Positions 1-11,050 of a stretch of 64,000 bases of DNA are shown here, piece by piece. Position numbers and translations under genes: made by a program. The stretch is from Alphaproteobacteria bacterium. Its GTDB lineage: Bacteria; Pseudomonadota; Alphaproteobacteria; MPNO01; UBA830. The notes beneath the pieces are model-generated. The model was not told the DNA's origin. It made no database searches and saw only the letters and a program-made list of their open reading frames with translations. Every line of letters begins with the position of its first letter. Position 1 is the stretch's first letter. The DNA lies in contig OZ251539.1 in NCBI GenBank assembly GCA_965243135.1, positions 768,001-832,000 of the forward strand. Direction: 5' to 3'.

Positions 1-2
1 CG

Positions 3-665
3 ATATCTTCCGTCGCGGCCGGGCTGATCGAGATGCAGGCGACCGACCGGCTCCTCTTCCATACGCAGGTCACGGCGCTGGAAGTGGTCGCCGGCTTCGT
101 TCTCGGAACGCTGCTCGGCATGGCGGTCGGGTACGTTCTGGGCATCTCGCTGACCGCGGAAGTCGTGCTGTCTCCTTACATCCTCGCGCTCCAGATCGCG
201 CCGAAGGTGGCGTTCGCGCCGCTGTTCGTCCTGTGGCTCGGCTTCGGCGTCGAACCCCGCATTCTCGTCGCCGTTCTGATCGTGTTCTTTCCGATCATGA
301 TCAACGTGATGACGGCCGTGCGCAACGTGGATCCCGATCTGGTCAACCTCGCGCGGTCGTTCAAGGCCGGCCGGATGGCGATCTTCTGGAAGATCGAGTT
401 TCCGGCGTCCATGCCGCCGCTGTTCGCGGGTCTCCGGATCGGCGCGACCCTCGCGGTCATCGGCGTGACCGTCGGAGAGTTCGCGGGCGGCAACACCGGC
501 GTCGGCTACCTTATCGTGCTCACTGCGGGCGCCGCGGAAACCGCCAAGGTGTTCGGCGCGATCATCGTGCTCACCGTGATCGGAATCGTCGCCTATTGGG
601 CGGTCATCCTGGTTGAACGGCGGGTGTTGCACTATATGCCCGGACGCGGGCTCGAAGGTTTCTGA
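3..665 (+). CDS. NitT/TauT-family ABC transporter permease (5' truncated by window edge)
   Basis: Hydrophobic ORF with PKVAFAPL and an EAA-like loop (VNLARSFKAG); the frame is open upstream of the ATG at 33. Confidence 0.85.
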   Translation: MSSVAAGLIEMQATDRLLFHTQVTALEVVAGFVLGTLLGMAVGYVLGISLTAEVVLSPYILALQIAPKVAFAPLFVLWLGFGVEPRILVAVLIVFFPIMINVMTAVRNVDPDLVNLARSFKAGRMAIFWKIEFPASMPPLFAGLRIGATLAVIGVTVGEFAGGNTGVGYLIVLTAGAAETAKVFGAIIVLTVIGIVAYWAVILVERRVLHYMPGRGLEGF

Positions 666-676
666 CGGAGGCGATC

Positions 677-1723
677 ATGGCCGCCATTTCCCAAGAACGA
701 ATCAGGGAGCGCGTCGCGCTCGGTCCGTTGAATCGCTGGTGGCCGGTGGCCGCGAGCTGGATGGTCGCCGAAACGCCGGTCGGCCTGACGCGTCTGGGCG
801 AAAGGATCGTTTTGTGGAGGGATCGGGACGGCGCCGTCCACTGCGTCGAGGACCGCTGTCCGCACCGGGGGGCGCGCCTCTCCATGGGCTGGAATCTGGG
901 CGATCGCATCGCCTGCTGGTACCATGGCGTCGAGGTCGGCGGGGACGGGACGGTGCGCGACGTTCCGGCCGTGGCCGAATGCCCGATGGTCGGACGCAAG
1001 ATGATCCGCTCCTACCCGTGCTTCGAACGTCTGGGCGGAATCTTCGTGTGGTTCGGCGACGCCCTGCACGAGGATCCCGCCGAATTCCGCATGCCGGAGG
1101 AATTCGTCTCGCCGGAGTGGGCGACGATGCTGTGCACCGCGCACTGGAAGTGCAACTGGGTCTATGCCGTCGACAACGTGATGGATCCCATGCACGGCGC
1201 CTATCTGCACGCGGTTTCGCATTCGATGGCCGAGGGCGACCGGGAGGCCAGCATGCGGGTCGACAAGACCGAGACCGGCTTCGTGTTCGGAAAGACCGGC
1301 CAGCGGGACGTCAATTTCGACTGGATCGAATGGGGCGACACCGGCGCGTTCTGGCTTCGGGTTTCGCCGCTGCCCTACCGCAAGGAAGCGGGACCCGGCG
1401 GGCATTTCGCGATCATGGGTTTCGTCACGCCCATCGACGAAGGCAACTGCCGCGTTTTCTTCTGGCGCACCCGCAAGGTCCAGGGCTGGCAGCGCGACGT
1501 CTGGCGTTTCATGTACCGGCACAAGCTGGAGGCCCTGCATTGGGACGTGCTCGAGCAGGACCGCGTCATTCTGGAGGGAATGGCGCCCGACGCGCGCGAG
1601 CGGGAATTTCTGTACCAGCACGATACCGGCCTCGCTCGCGCGCGGCGCGTTCTCGAGGCCGAAGCCGAAGCGCAGCTTGCGTCGCTGGCCGCCGCCGGGC
1701 GCTCCGTCGCAGCCGCGGAATAG
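677..1723 (+). CDS. Rieske non-heme iron oxygenase alpha subunit (VanA-like)
   Basis: Rieske motif CPHRG...CWYHG; mononuclear Fe motif DNVMDPMHGAYLH. Confidence 0.9.
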   Translation: MAAISQERIRERVALGPLNRWWPVAASWMVAETPVGLTRLGERIVLWRDRDGAVHCVEDRCPHRGARLSMGWNLGDRIACWYHGVEVGGDGTVRDVPAVAECPMVGRKMIRSYPCFERLGGIFVWFGDALHEDPAEFRMPEEFVSPEWATMLCTAHWKCNWVYAVDNVMDPMHGAYLHAVSHSMAEGDREASMRVDKTETGFVFGKTGQRDVNFDWIEWGDTGAFWLRVSPLPYRKEAGPGGHFAIMGFVTPIDEGNCRVFFWRTRKVQGWQRDVWRFMYRHKLEALHWDVLEQDRVILEGMAPDAREREFLYQHDTGLARARRVLEAEAEAQLASLAAAGRSVAAAE

Positions 1724-1725
1724 TC

Positions 1726-2487
1726 GTGAGCGCGGTTTCTCTCGCCGGCAAGCGGGTGGCGATCACCGGCGGCGCGAGAGGGCTCGGCAAGGCGTTCGCC
1801 GAATCGGCGGCCGCGGCCGGCGCGACCGTGCTGATCGCCGACCTCCTCGAAGACCGGGGCCGCGAAACGGCGAAGGCGCTCAACGACCGGGCCGGAACGG
1901 CGTTCTTCGTCCCCGTCGACCTGGCTCTTCCCGACTCGGTCGATGCGTTCGCGGCGAGCGCGAGCGAGGTTCTCGGCGGCGTCGACGGACTGGTCAACTG
2001 CGCCGCGATCGCGACCGGAATCGGCGGCCGGACGTGCGAAGAGATCGACGTCGAGACCTGGGACCGGGTGATGACCGTCAACGTCAGGGGCACGTGGCTC
2101 GTCACGAAGGCGTTGCTGCCGGCGCTGCGGGCCTCCGGCAACGGCAAGATCGTCAACGTCGCTTCCGACACCGCGCTCTGGGGCGCGCCGCGGCTTCTGC
2201 ACTACGTCGCGTCCAAGGGTGCCGTCGTCGCCATGACGCGCTCGCTCGCCCGCGAACTCGGAAACGACGGCATCGCCGTCAACGCGATCGCCCCCGGGCT
2301 GACGCGCGTCGAGGCGACGGAATGCGTTCCCGCGGAACGGCATCGGCTCTACGTCGACGGCCGGGCGATGAATCGCGCGCAGCAACCCGAGGACGTGGTG
2401 GGCGCCGTGACGTTCCTGCTGTCGGACGCCGCGGATTTCGTGACCGGCCAGACGCTGCCGGTGAACGGAGGGTTCGTTTTCAACTGA
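1726..2487 (+). CDS. Short-chain dehydrogenase/reductase
   Basis: GTG start; TGGARGLG and YVASK motifs. Confidence 0.9.
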   Translation: MSAVSLAGKRVAITGGARGLGKAFAESAAAAGATVLIADLLEDRGRETAKALNDRAGTAFFVPVDLALPDSVDAFAASASEVLGGVDGLVNCAAIATGIGGRTCEEIDVETWDRVMTVNVRGTWLVTKALLPALRASGNGKIVNVASDTALWGAPRLLHYVASKGAVVAMTRSLARELGNDGIAVNAIAPGLTRVEATECVPAERHRLYVDGRAMNRAQQPEDVVGAVTFLLSDAADFVTGQTLPVNGGFVFN

Positions 2488-2512
2488 AGGGGCGCGGCCC
2501 CGGGGAGACAGG

Positions 2513-3052
2513 ATGGCGGAGACCGCACGGAAGGAGTTTCCGGGCTGGAGCCCGGCAGGGGACCAGGAGCTCGGCGACTGGATGGAGTCGCGGGTGGCGC
2601 GCTTCGAGACGCGCCGCTACGACTGGGACGTGCTGAAGTTCCAGGCCGATCTCGACCCGAAATACCGGCGCGCGCAGATGCGCTACATGGGCACCGGCGG
2701 CACGGGCAAGGAATCGGACATGAACACGGTGCCGTCGGAGCACTTCACCTTTTCGACCATGGTGCTGCCGCCGGGCTGCGAAGGCCCGCCTCACGTGCAT
2801 ACGGACGTCGAAGAGGTTTTCTTCATGCTTCGCGGCAGCATTCGCCTCACGATTCGGGACGGCGGCGACGAATGGGAAACGACGCTCGGCGAGCGCGATC
2901 TGGTGTCCGTGCCGCCGGGGGTATACCGCGGCCTGGTGAACGAGGGTCAGGAAGAGGCTCTGATGTGCGTGATGCTGGGCAGCGCCCGTCCCGTGACGCC
3001 GACCTATCCTCCGGATCACCCGCTGGCCAGCGCGCGGCGTCCGAAGTCGTGA
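2513..3052 (+). CDS. Cupin domain protein
   Basis: PPHVHTDVEEVF and VPPGVYR cupin motifs. Confidence 0.85.
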   Translation: MAETARKEFPGWSPAGDQELGDWMESRVARFETRRYDWDVLKFQADLDPKYRRAQMRYMGTGGTGKESDMNTVPSEHFTFSTMVLPPGCEGPPHVHTDVEEVFFMLRGSIRLTIRDGGDEWETTLGERDLVSVPPGVYRGLVNEGQEEALMCVMLGSARPVTPTYPPDHPLASARRPKS

Positions 3053-3077
3053 CGCGGCCCGCGCGGCGCTCTCCGCC

Positions 3078-3869
3078 GTGAACCGCCCGAACGAGTTCGC
3101 CGCGGACGGCTTCGCCTGGATCGAGGCGGGCGAGGGCGAGCCGATGGTCCTTCTTCACGGCATCGGATCGGGCGCCGCTTCGTGGGAGGATCAGATAGCG
3201 GGCTTCGCGGACCGGCGCCGGGTCGTCGCATGGGACGCGCCCGGATACGGCGAATCGGCGCCGCTCGGTCCGCCTGCGCCGACGGCGTCGGACTACGCGG
3301 AAGCCTTGGTCCGTTTTCTCCGGGCGGCCGGCGTGGACGAGTTTCACCTGGTCGGGCATTCTCTGGGCGCGCTGATGGCCTGCGCCTTCGCCCGCCTTTG
3401 GCCCGACCGGATCCTGAGTTTGCTGATCGCTTCTCCGGCAGCCGGGTACGGAACGTCCGACGCCGAACTGCGGGAAGCGAAACGGGCCGCCCGCCTCGAT
3501 CTTCTCGACGAGCTCGGGCCGGAAGGGGTGGCGCGCGAACGGCACGGCGCGCTGCTGTCCGACGGCGCGCCTCCGCGGGCGCGAGAGCGCGTTCGATCGG
3601 TTATGGCCCGGATTCGTCCCGGCGGGTACCGGCAAGCGGTGGAGATGTTGGCGGCGGGCGACATACACGCCGACGCGCGCCGGATCGGGTTGCCGGCGAC
3701 GGTCGTCGTCGGCGGCGCCGACCGGGTGACGCCGCCGGACGGCTGCCGGGACGTGGCGAGGAGTTTCGCGCGGTCGCGCTTCGAGATACTTCCGGGCCTG
3801 GGGCACGCTTGCTACGTCGAAGGACCGGACGCTTTCAACGGCGCGCTCGCGGCCCATCTCGAACGGTGA
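3078..3869 (+). CDS. Alpha/beta hydrolase
   Basis: HGIG oxyanion motif, GHSLG nucleophile, C-terminal GH. Confidence 0.9.
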   Translation: MNRPNEFAADGFAWIEAGEGEPMVLLHGIGSGAASWEDQIAGFADRRRVVAWDAPGYGESAPLGPPAPTASDYAEALVRFLRAAGVDEFHLVGHSLGALMACAFARLWPDRILSLLIASPAAGYGTSDAELREAKRAARLDLLDELGPEGVARERHGALLSDGAPPRARERVRSVMARIRPGGYRQAVEMLAAGDIHADARRIGLPATVVVGGADRVTPPDGCRDVARSFARSRFEILPGLGHACYVEGPDAFNGALAAHLER

Positions 3870-3999
3870 CCGCGCGGCTCGCCGTCGTCCGGCCGCCGAT
3901 TCGGTCGGCGCCGCGGCGCGGAGCGTTTTCGAACGGTCCGGAACGGAACGGCGGGCCGAAGGCGGCGGCCGGGCTTTGGAAGGCGGAGTAGGACGCGCG

Positions 4000-4797
4000 A
4001 TGGATACGGGAATGAAAGACCGGACGGTCGTCGTCACCGGAGGGTCCTCGGGGATCGGGCTGGCGGCGGCCGAAGCCTTTCTGCGGGAGGGAACGCGGGT
4101 CGCGATCTGCGGCCGCGATCGCCATAGGCTCGACGCCGCCGCCGCGAGGCTGGCCGGGGTCGGAGGAGCCGACCGGGTGCTGCCGGTCGCTTGCGACGTG
4201 CTGGACGAGAACGCCGTGACGGGATTTCGCGATCTCGTCGAGGAACGGTTCGGCGGTTGCGACGCGCTGGTCTGCAACGCCGGCCAGGCCCGGCGAAGCG
4301 CGTTCGCCGATACCTCGGACGGCGACTGGCGCGACGAGTTCGACCTCAAGTTCTTTTCGGTCCTGCGTCCCGTCCGCGCGTTCCTGCCCATGCTCGAAGC
4401 CTCCGGCCAGGGGGCGGTCGTTTGCACGGGCGCCCTGATCGCGAAACGGCCCGAGCCGTCCCTTATCGCCACGAGCGCGACCCGCGCGGGGCAACTCAAC
4501 CTTTGCAAGTCGCTCGCGGCCGAATTCGCGGCGAAAGGCGTGCGGGTTAACTCGGTCCTGATCGGCCTCGTCGATTCCGGCCAGTGGAGCCGCCGCTACG
4601 ACGACGGCGAGGCGCCGCCCGGCATGTCGAAGGACGAATGGTTCGCGAAACTCGCGTCCGATCGCGCCATCCCGCTTCGCAGGATCGGCCTGCCGGAAGA
4701 AGCGGCGAACGCGATACTCTTTCTCGCTTCTCCCATGTCTTCCTACGTCACCGGCGATACCGTGGAGGTGGCCGGAGGCCAGTCGCGGCATGTCTGA
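4000..4797 (+). CDS. Short-chain dehydrogenase/reductase (atypical: no catalytic YxxxK, TSATR instead)
   Basis: TGGSSGIG and CNAG motifs. Confidence 0.85.
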   Translation: MDTGMKDRTVVVTGGSSGIGLAAAEAFLREGTRVAICGRDRHRLDAAAARLAGVGGADRVLPVACDVLDENAVTGFRDLVEERFGGCDALVCNAGQARRSAFADTSDGDWRDEFDLKFFSVLRPVRAFLPMLEASGQGAVVCTGALIAKRPEPSLIATSATRAGQLNLCKSLAAEFAAKGVRVNSVLIGLVDSGQWSRRYDDGEAPPGMSKDEWFAKLASDRAIPLRRIGLPEEAANAILFLASPMSSYVTGDTVEVAGGQSRHV

Positions 4798-4863
4798 CGG
4801 GGTCGAGCGCGCAGCGGTTCGCGTCGTTCCGCCGGTTCGCCGGAGCGCGCGGGAGGCCGGTCC

Positions 4864-5667
4864 GTGAAGGCGATGCTCATCGGGTACGGGGCGATCGCCC
4901 GGGAGGTGCTGGCGCGCGTCGGCCCGGACGAAGACGCGAAAATCGTCGCCGTTCTCGTGCGGGAAAATCGCGTCGAGGAGGTCGCGACGGCGGTGGCCGG
5001 GCGCGGCATCGAGGTGGTTTCCTCCTTCGACCGTCTTACCGTTTCTCCTGCGCTGTGCGCCGAGTGCGCCGGTCACGGCGCCGTACGCGCATGGGGGCCG
5101 ACGGCGTTGAGGCGCGGCATCGACTTTTTGGTGATCTCGATCGGCGCGCTGGCGGACCCAGCGCTCCGCGCCGAATTGCGGCAAGCGGCCGTGGACGGCG
5201 GAGCCAAACTGGTGCTTGCGGCAGGCGCGGTCGCGGGCGCCGACGCGCTGGCGTCGGCGCGAGTCGGAGGACTCGATCGCGTGACGTATACCTCGCGCAA
5301 GCCGCCCGTCGCGTGGAAGGGAACGCCGGCGGAAGACCTTTGCGACCTGGACGCGCTTCCCGGCGAAACGGCGTTTTTCGACGGCGCCGCGGGCGAGGCG
5401 GCGCTGCGGTATCCCCAGAACGCCAACGTCGCGGCGACGGTCGCGCTCGCGGGCGCCGGATTCGAGGCGACGAAAGTGCGGCTGGTGGCCGATCCGGACG
5501 CGGACGCCAACCTTCATCATGTCGCGGCGGAGGGCGCGTTCGGCCGCTTCGAAATCGAAATCCGCGGGAAGCCGCTGCCCGGCAACCCCAAGACGTCGAC
5601 GCTCGCCGCCCATTCCGTCGTCGCGGAAATCCGCCGCCGCGCCGGTCCCGTGGAAATTGGCGGGTAG
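4864..5667 (+). CDS. nadX: L-aspartate dehydrogenase (NadX family)
   Basis: GYGAIA, ECAGH, SIGALAD, YPQNANVAAT and NPKTS motifs. Confidence 0.85.
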   Translation: MKAMLIGYGAIAREVLARVGPDEDAKIVAVLVRENRVEEVATAVAGRGIEVVSSFDRLTVSPALCAECAGHGAVRAWGPTALRRGIDFLVISIGALADPALRAELRQAAVDGGAKLVLAAGAVAGADALASARVGGLDRVTYTSRKPPVAWKGTPAEDLCDLDALPGETAFFDGAAGEAALRYPQNANVAATVALAGAGFEATKVRLVADPDADANLHHVAAEGAFGRFEIEIRGKPLPGNPKTSTLAAHSVVAEIRRRAGPVEIGG

Positions 5668-5696
5668 CCGCGGGGGCTGGCCGAGCGTTCCTTGTC

Positions 5697-7010
5697 TCAA
5701 TGGGCCCGTTCGGCGGCGCGGCCGTCCTCGGCCGCAACCGCTTGCTCCGGCGCGCCGGGCGCAAGCGCGGCTTGGCGATCCCGCTCCAGCCTGTGGCGCA
5801 GCGCGATCCGGGCGAACATTCCCGACGTCCTCAGCATTCCGACGAAATCGCGCTGCCGCTCGTTGGGAACCGCAGGCCGTTTCTTCATTCGGTAGATCGC
5901 GAACGCCCCGAGGGACAGCATCGCCGCGGCCGGAAACCAGAAATATCCGCTGGGTCCGACGATCTGGATCGCGCCTCCGGCGACGACCGGGCCGGCGATT
6001 CCGCCCAGACCGTTGACCAGCAGCAGTCCGCTCGACGCGGCGACCATCTGCCTGGGATTCAGGTAATCGTTCGTGTGGGCGACGGCCAGGGAGTAGATCG
6101 GCATCGCAAAGCCGCCGACGATCGCGACCGCGACGATGCCCGCTATCGCCGTCGCGCCGGTGAACAGGGCCGCAAGGGCTGCCGAGACGCTGCCGAAAAG
6201 AGCGATTCCCGTGATTACGAGCCTGCGGTCGAAGCGGTCGCTGAGGCGGCCCGTCGGCCAGATGAGGATCGTGCCGCCGACGATCGAAGCCGCGGTGAAC
6301 AGGGAGATCTCCTCGATGCCCATCCCGGTCAGCTTGCCGTAATGCGACGCGAGCCATATCAGCGCTCCCGTCGAGGCGCCGTTTACCAGGCAGGCGGCGA
6401 CGCCGAGGGGAGAGATGCTCGCCAGTTCCCCGAGGCCGAACCGATCCTGTTCCTCGAACCTCGGGGCGGGATAGGTGGTGAGGGCGACAGGCACCAAGGC
6501 GATCGACACCAGAATCGAGGCGACGATGAACAGCTCGTATCCGCCCGTCGGCGCGACGTTGAGCAGCAGCGGTCCCGCGGCCATCGCGCCCGTCATTACG
6601 GTCATGTAGAGCGAAAGAAACTGGCCTCGCGTCGTATTGGACGCACGATCGTTGAGCCAGCTTTCCGCAGTGACGAACAGGCCGATGTAGCAGAACCCGG
6701 TAAGTATTCGCAGTACGCTCCAGACGGTGGGGTCGACGAACGCGGAATGCAGGAGCGCCGCCGTGGAGGCGGTCGAGGCCAGGGCCCCGAAAACCCGGAT
6801 GTGGCCGACGCTGCGGATCAGGCGCGGCGCGGTCAGCGAACCCAGGACGAAGCCGGCGTAGTAGCTCGACATCACGACGCCGGTCTGCACCGGCGAAAAT
6901 CCCTCCGCAGCCGCGCGCACGCCCAGCAGGGAGCCTTGAAGGCCGCTTCCCATCATCAGCAGCGAGACGCCGACGAGCAGCGCCCATACGGAAACGAGAG
7001 CGGCGATCAT
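5697..7010 (-). CDS. MFS transporter (YcaD-like)
   Basis: Multiple TM segments; GHIRVF, ESWLN and GRLSDRFDRR motifs. Confidence 0.85.
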   Translation of the reverse strand: MIAALVSVWALLVGVSLLMMGSGLQGSLLGVRAAAEGFSPVQTGVVMSSYYAGFVLGSLTAPRLIRSVGHIRVFGALASTASTAALLHSAFVDPTVWSVLRILTGFCYIGLFVTAESWLNDRASNTTRGQFLSLYMTVMTGAMAAGPLLLNVAPTGGYELFIVASILVSIALVPVALTTYPAPRFEEQDRFGLGELASISPLGVAACLVNGASTGALIWLASHYGKLTGMGIEEISLFTAASIVGGTILIWPTGRLSDRFDRRLVITGIALFGSVSAALAALFTGATAIAGIVAVAIVGGFAMPIYSLAVAHTNDYLNPRQMVAASSGLLLVNGLGGIAGPVVAGGAIQIVGPSGYFWFPAAAMLSLGAFAIYRMKKRPAVPNERQRDFVGMLRTSGMFARIALRHRLERDRQAALAPGAPEQAVAAEDGRAAERAH

Positions 7011-7539
7011 GGCCGTACTCCGGGTTCGAAGAGGAGCATCGCCGGACAATCGAGTTGCCGAAGATGATGGCGGCAGATGGGGGGGCGAGAAAGAATGGTC
7101 AATAGGTCGCGCGCGCTTTTTTTTCGCCCTCGGAATCGTCCGAATCCGAATGGATCTTCGTCCTCGCTTCGGCCGGTCGGGCGATGGGCTGGCGGAGGGC
7201 CGGGGGCGGCCTGGCGCGTTCGGCGCCGGGACGATCCGCGCTGCCGCGCGGGTCAGGTTTCGCGGACGCTTTTTGCAGCCGGCCGCAGGCCCGCGCCGCG
7301 GGATCGATGGTCGCGGCATTCCCGGGATTCGCGGCGGGCCGCCGCTCCGCTGCAGGCGCGCCGGCCGTCGCGCGTCCGCGCTCGTTCCCCGGACGGATCT
7401 TGCCGTTTGGGCGGCCTTGTGCGAATGAACGCCGCGCGCAGGGGCGAACGTCCGGCGAGGGAAGCCGCCTGCGCCCGAGAGGTCTGACCCGGGCGCGTTC
7501 GCCCGGCGAGGCGTTATGTTGACGTGGGGGACCGCGAGG

Positions 7540-10269
7540 ATGCAGGAGGGTGCCGAATCTTCCAAAGACGCGCTGCTCCGCGACCAGCTCCAACTGCTGG
7601 AGCGGCTGCTCGACCGGACGGTTCGCGCGCAGGAAGGCCCGGAAGTCTTCGAACTCGTCGAAACGATCCGGCGCGATTCCATCAAGTTTCACCGGGAGGA
7701 GGATCTCGAGGCGCGCCGGACGCTCGAGGCGGTTCTGAGGACGCTCGGAACGGATACCGCCATCCAGATCATCCGCGCTTTCAGCTATTTCTCGCATCTG
7801 GCGAATATCGCGGAAGACCAGCACCATATCAGGCGAACGCGCAGTCACGAGATTGCCGGTTCGCCGCCGCGGGACGGGTCGCTGGCGCGGGCGCTCGACC
7901 GGGCGCTCGAAGCCGGATGGTCGGCCGGCGATCTATCGCGTTTCTTCGCCGATGCCCATGTCCGGCCCGTTCTGACGGCTCACCCGACCGAGGTTCGGCG
8001 CAAGAGCACGATGCGGCGCGAAATCGCGGTTGCGGGCCTGCTCGACGAACGCGGACGAAGCGATCTCACGCCCGACGAACTGAAGGAAATCGACGACAAG
8101 CTGGAGCGCGCAGTTCTCGTTCTTTGGCAGACGAGCCTGCTGCGGGAGACCAAGCTGAGCGTGCGCGACGAGGTCGAGAACGGCCTCTCGTATTTCGATT
8201 ACACGTTCTTTCGAGAGGTTCCGGCGCTTCACAACAGGCTGGAGGACCGTCTGGCCGAACTCGATCCCGAACTGGATCCCCCGGCGACGTTTCTCCGGGT
8301 CGGCAGCTGGATCGGCGGCGACCGCGACGGCAATCCGTCGGTCGACGCCGAAGTCCTTTCCAGGACCCTGCGCGCGCAGAGCGCGCACGCGCTGGAGCAC
8401 TATCTGCGGGAGCTCGGCAAGCTCCGGCTGGAATTGTCGCTTTCGACGGTGATCGTCGACGTCTCGGACGGGCTGCGCGATCTGGCGGATCGTTCGCAGG
8501 ACCGGTCGCCGCACCGGGAGCTGGAACTCTATCGTCGCGCGATCTCCACGATTTCCGACCGTCTGGCCGCGACGCGCGAATCGCTGAACGGCGCGGGCGG
8601 GACGGCGGAGCCGTATCCGTCGGCGGCGGCGTTTCGAGCCGATCTCGAAGTCGTTCATTCCTCGCTCGTCGCCAACGGATCGGCTGCGCTTACGCGCGGG
8701 CGCCTGCGGCGCCTGCGGCGCGCCGTCGACTGCTTCGGATTTCACCTCGCCAGCCTCGACATGCGCCAGAACTCGGACGTTCTGGAAGCGACTCTCGCGG
8801 AGCTGTTCGAGGCGGTGGAGCCGGACGCCGGCTACCGGGACATGGACGAGGAGGACAGGATCGAGGCGCTTCGCAGGGAGCTCGGGAGCCGCCGTCCGCT
8901 CGTGCGGCGGCACTGGGCGTATTCGGAAGGCGCACGGAAAGAGTTGGACATATTCCGGGCCGCGAGGGCCGTCCGCGACGTCTACGGCGCGGAGGCGATG
9001 ACGACGGCGATCATCTCGAACGCCCGCGGCGTTTCGGACCTTCTCGGACAGGCGGTGCTGCTCAAGGAAGCCGGTCTTGCGGGCGGCGAAGGCGGCGGCG
9101 AGATGAACGTCGTGCCGTTGTTCGAGACGATCACGGATCTGAGGAACGCCGTCGCGATCATGGACCGCCTGCTGTCGATTCCGGAGTACCGGAGGCTGGT
9201 CGACGGCTGCGGCGGCGTTCAGGAAGTCATGCTCGGCTATTCGGACAGCAACAAGGACGGCGGATACGTCACGTCCGGCTGGGAACTCTACAAGGCCGCG
9301 GTCGGGCTTGCCGCTCTGTGCAGGCGGCGCGGAGTCCGCCTGCGCCTGTTCCACGGCCGGGGCGGCTCCGTCGGGCGCGGCGGCGGTCCGAGCTACGACG
9401 CGATCATGGCGCAACCCGCCGGGACCGTGAACGGGCAGTTCCGCCTCACGGAACAGGGAGAGATCGTTTCGGGCAAGTACACGAACCCTGCGCTGGGTCG
9501 GCGCAATCTCGAGATTCTCGCATCCGCCGCCATAGAATCGTCGTTGCCCGGAAAAGACGAAGAGGCGGTCCCGGAAAGCTATCTGGACGCGATGGAGCGC
9601 CTGTCGGATCTCGCGCTCGCCGCGTACCGGGCTCTCGTCTACGAAACGCCCGGCTTCAACGACTATTTCCGCGCTTCGACCGTCATCGGCGAAATCGCGA
9701 CGTTGAATATCGGTTCGCGTCCGGCGTCCAGGAAAAGCGGCGGCCGGATCGAGGACCTGCGGGCGATTCCTTGGGTGTTCAGCTGGTCGCAATGCCGCGT
9801 CATGCTGCCCGGATGGTACGGCTTCGGCGCGGCGACGTCGCAGTGGTTGGCGGAAAACGGCGGCGACTCTTCGCTGCTGCAGGAAATGTATCGCGAATGG
9901 CCGTTCTTCCGAACGCTTCTGAGCAACATGGACATGGTGCTCGCGAAGACGAACATGGCGATCGCGTCGCGCTACGCCGGCCTCGTGTCCGACGAGTCCC
10001 TGCGCGAGGCGGTGTTCGGCCGCATCGTCGCCGAGCGCGCCGCCGCCATCCGTTCGGCGCTCGAGATCGCTCGGGCCGACCGCCTTCTGGCGGGGAATCC
10101 GCTTCTCGCGCGGTCGATCCGGAACAGGCTTCCCTACATCGATCCCTTGAACCACTTGCAAGTCGAGCTCTTGAGGGCGCAGCGCGAACGGCCGGACGAC
10201 CCGGACGCCCTGCGCGGTCTGCTGCTGACCATCAACGGCATTTCCGCCGGACTCAAGAACAGCGGCTGA
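7540..10269 (+). CDS. ppc: Phosphoenolpyruvate carboxylase
   Basis: [55 protein letters not shown] and C-terminal GLKNSG motifs. Confidence 0.97.
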   Translation: MQEGAESSKDALLRDQLQLLERLLDRTVRAQEGPEVFELVETIRRDSIKFHREEDLEARRTLEAVLRTLGTDTAIQIIRAFSYFSHLANIAEDQHHIRRTRSHEIAGSPPRDGSLARALDRALEAGWSAGDLSRFFADAHVRPVLTAHPTEVRRKSTMRREIAVAGLLDERGRSDLTPDELKEIDDKLERAVLVLWQTSLLRETKLSVRDEVENGLSYFDYTFFREVPALHNRLEDRLAELDPELDPPATFLRVGSWIGGDRDGNPSVDAEVLSRTLRAQSAHALEHYLRELGKLRLELSLSTVIVDVSDGLRDLADRSQDRSPHRELELYRRAISTISDRLAATRESLNGAGGTAEPYPSAAAFRADLEVVHSSLVANGSAALTRGRLRRLRRAVDCFGFHLASLDMRQNSDVLEATLAELFEAVEPDAGYRDMDEEDRIEALRRELGSRRPLVRRHWAYSEGARKELDIFRAARAVRDVYGAEAMTTAIISNARGVSDLLGQAVLLKEAGLAGGEGGGEMNVVPLFETITDLRNAVAIMDRLLSIPEYRRLVDGCGGVQEVMLGYSDSNKDGGYVTSGWELYKAAVGLAALCRRRGVRLRLFHGRGGSVGRGGGPSYDAIMAQPAGTVNGQFRLTEQGEIVSGKYTNPALGRRNLEILASAAIESSLPGKDEEAVPESYLDAMERLSDLALAAYRALVYETPGFNDYFRASTVIGEIATLNIGSRPASRKSGGRIEDLRAIPWVFSWSQCRVMLPGWYGFGAATSQWLAENGGDSSLLQEMYREWPFFRTLLSNMDMVLAKTNMAIASRYAGLVSDESLREAVFGRIVAERAAAIRSALEIARADRLLAGNPLLARSIRNRLPYIDPLNHLQVELLRAQRERPDDPDALRGLLLTINGISAGLKNSG

Positions 10270-10408
10270 CTCGCGGCCGGCGTCTCCGGCGCTCGACGCG
10301 GTAGGCGCATGAACGGCGATCGCCGTCCGGACGCGACGGCCGGGCGATGTGTCGCGCGCGGCGCGAATGGATATATTCGCTGCGCTCAACTTCCGAAGGG
10401 ACACGTCA

Positions 10409-11050
10409 ATGGCCACCGACAAGGACGCCGCCGGCGGCGTCGGCGAAACGCCGAAGCAGCTGCATCGCGTCGGAGCGCTGCGCGTACCGGATCGCGAGAC
10501 GCTCGACGAAGACATCAGAAAGTACATGGACGTCTGCGAGGAGAAGCTGGACCACGTTCCCAACGTCATGAAGGTGTTTTCCCTGCGCCCCGCGAAGCTT
10601 CGCACGTTCATCGCCAAGTACAACGAACTGATGTTGACCGACGACACTTCGCTCACGCGGCTGGAGCGGGAGATGGTCGCGGTCGTGGTTTCGTGCGCCA
10701 ATCGTTGCGTCTACTGCATCACGTCGCACGGCCAGGCGGTCAGGGAATTTTCCGGCGACCCGGTGCTGGGCGACATCCTGACGGTCAACTACCGCGAAGC
10801 CAATCTGACGCTCCGGCAACGCGCGTTGCTCGATCACGCCTGGAAATTGACGGTTCGGCCTTCGGAAGTCGGAGAAGACGATCGGACGGCCCTGCGGGAC
10901 GCCGGGCTGTCCGACGAGGAAATCTTCGACCTCACCGACGTCGTGGCCTATTTCAACTACACCAACCGCATGACGCACGGTCTCGGCATGTTGCCCAACG
11001 AGTACTATTTCGGGCGCAACCGCCTGCCCGATCCGAAGGGGAGCGCCTGA
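10409..11050 (+). CDS. AhpD/carboxymuconolactone decarboxylase-like peroxidase-related protein
   Basis: EREMVAVVVS..NRCVYCITSH (CxxC) and FNYTNR motifs. Confidence 0.85.
   Translation: MATDKDAAGGVGETPKQLHRVGALRVPDRETLDEDIRKYMDVCEEKLDHVPNVMKVFSLRPAKLRTFIAKYNELMLTDDTSLTRLEREMVAVVVSCANRCVYCITSHGQAVREFSGDPVLGDILTVNYREANLTLRQRALLDHAWKLTVRPSEVGEDDRTALRDAGLSDEEIFDLTDVVAYFNYTNRMTHGLGMLPNEYYFGRNRLPDPKGSA

Noticed and set aside
7081-7131. Hairpin with T-run upstream of the MFS gene as a riboswitch or attenuator
   Set aside because: No recognisable aptamer, and pairing relies on several G-U pairs
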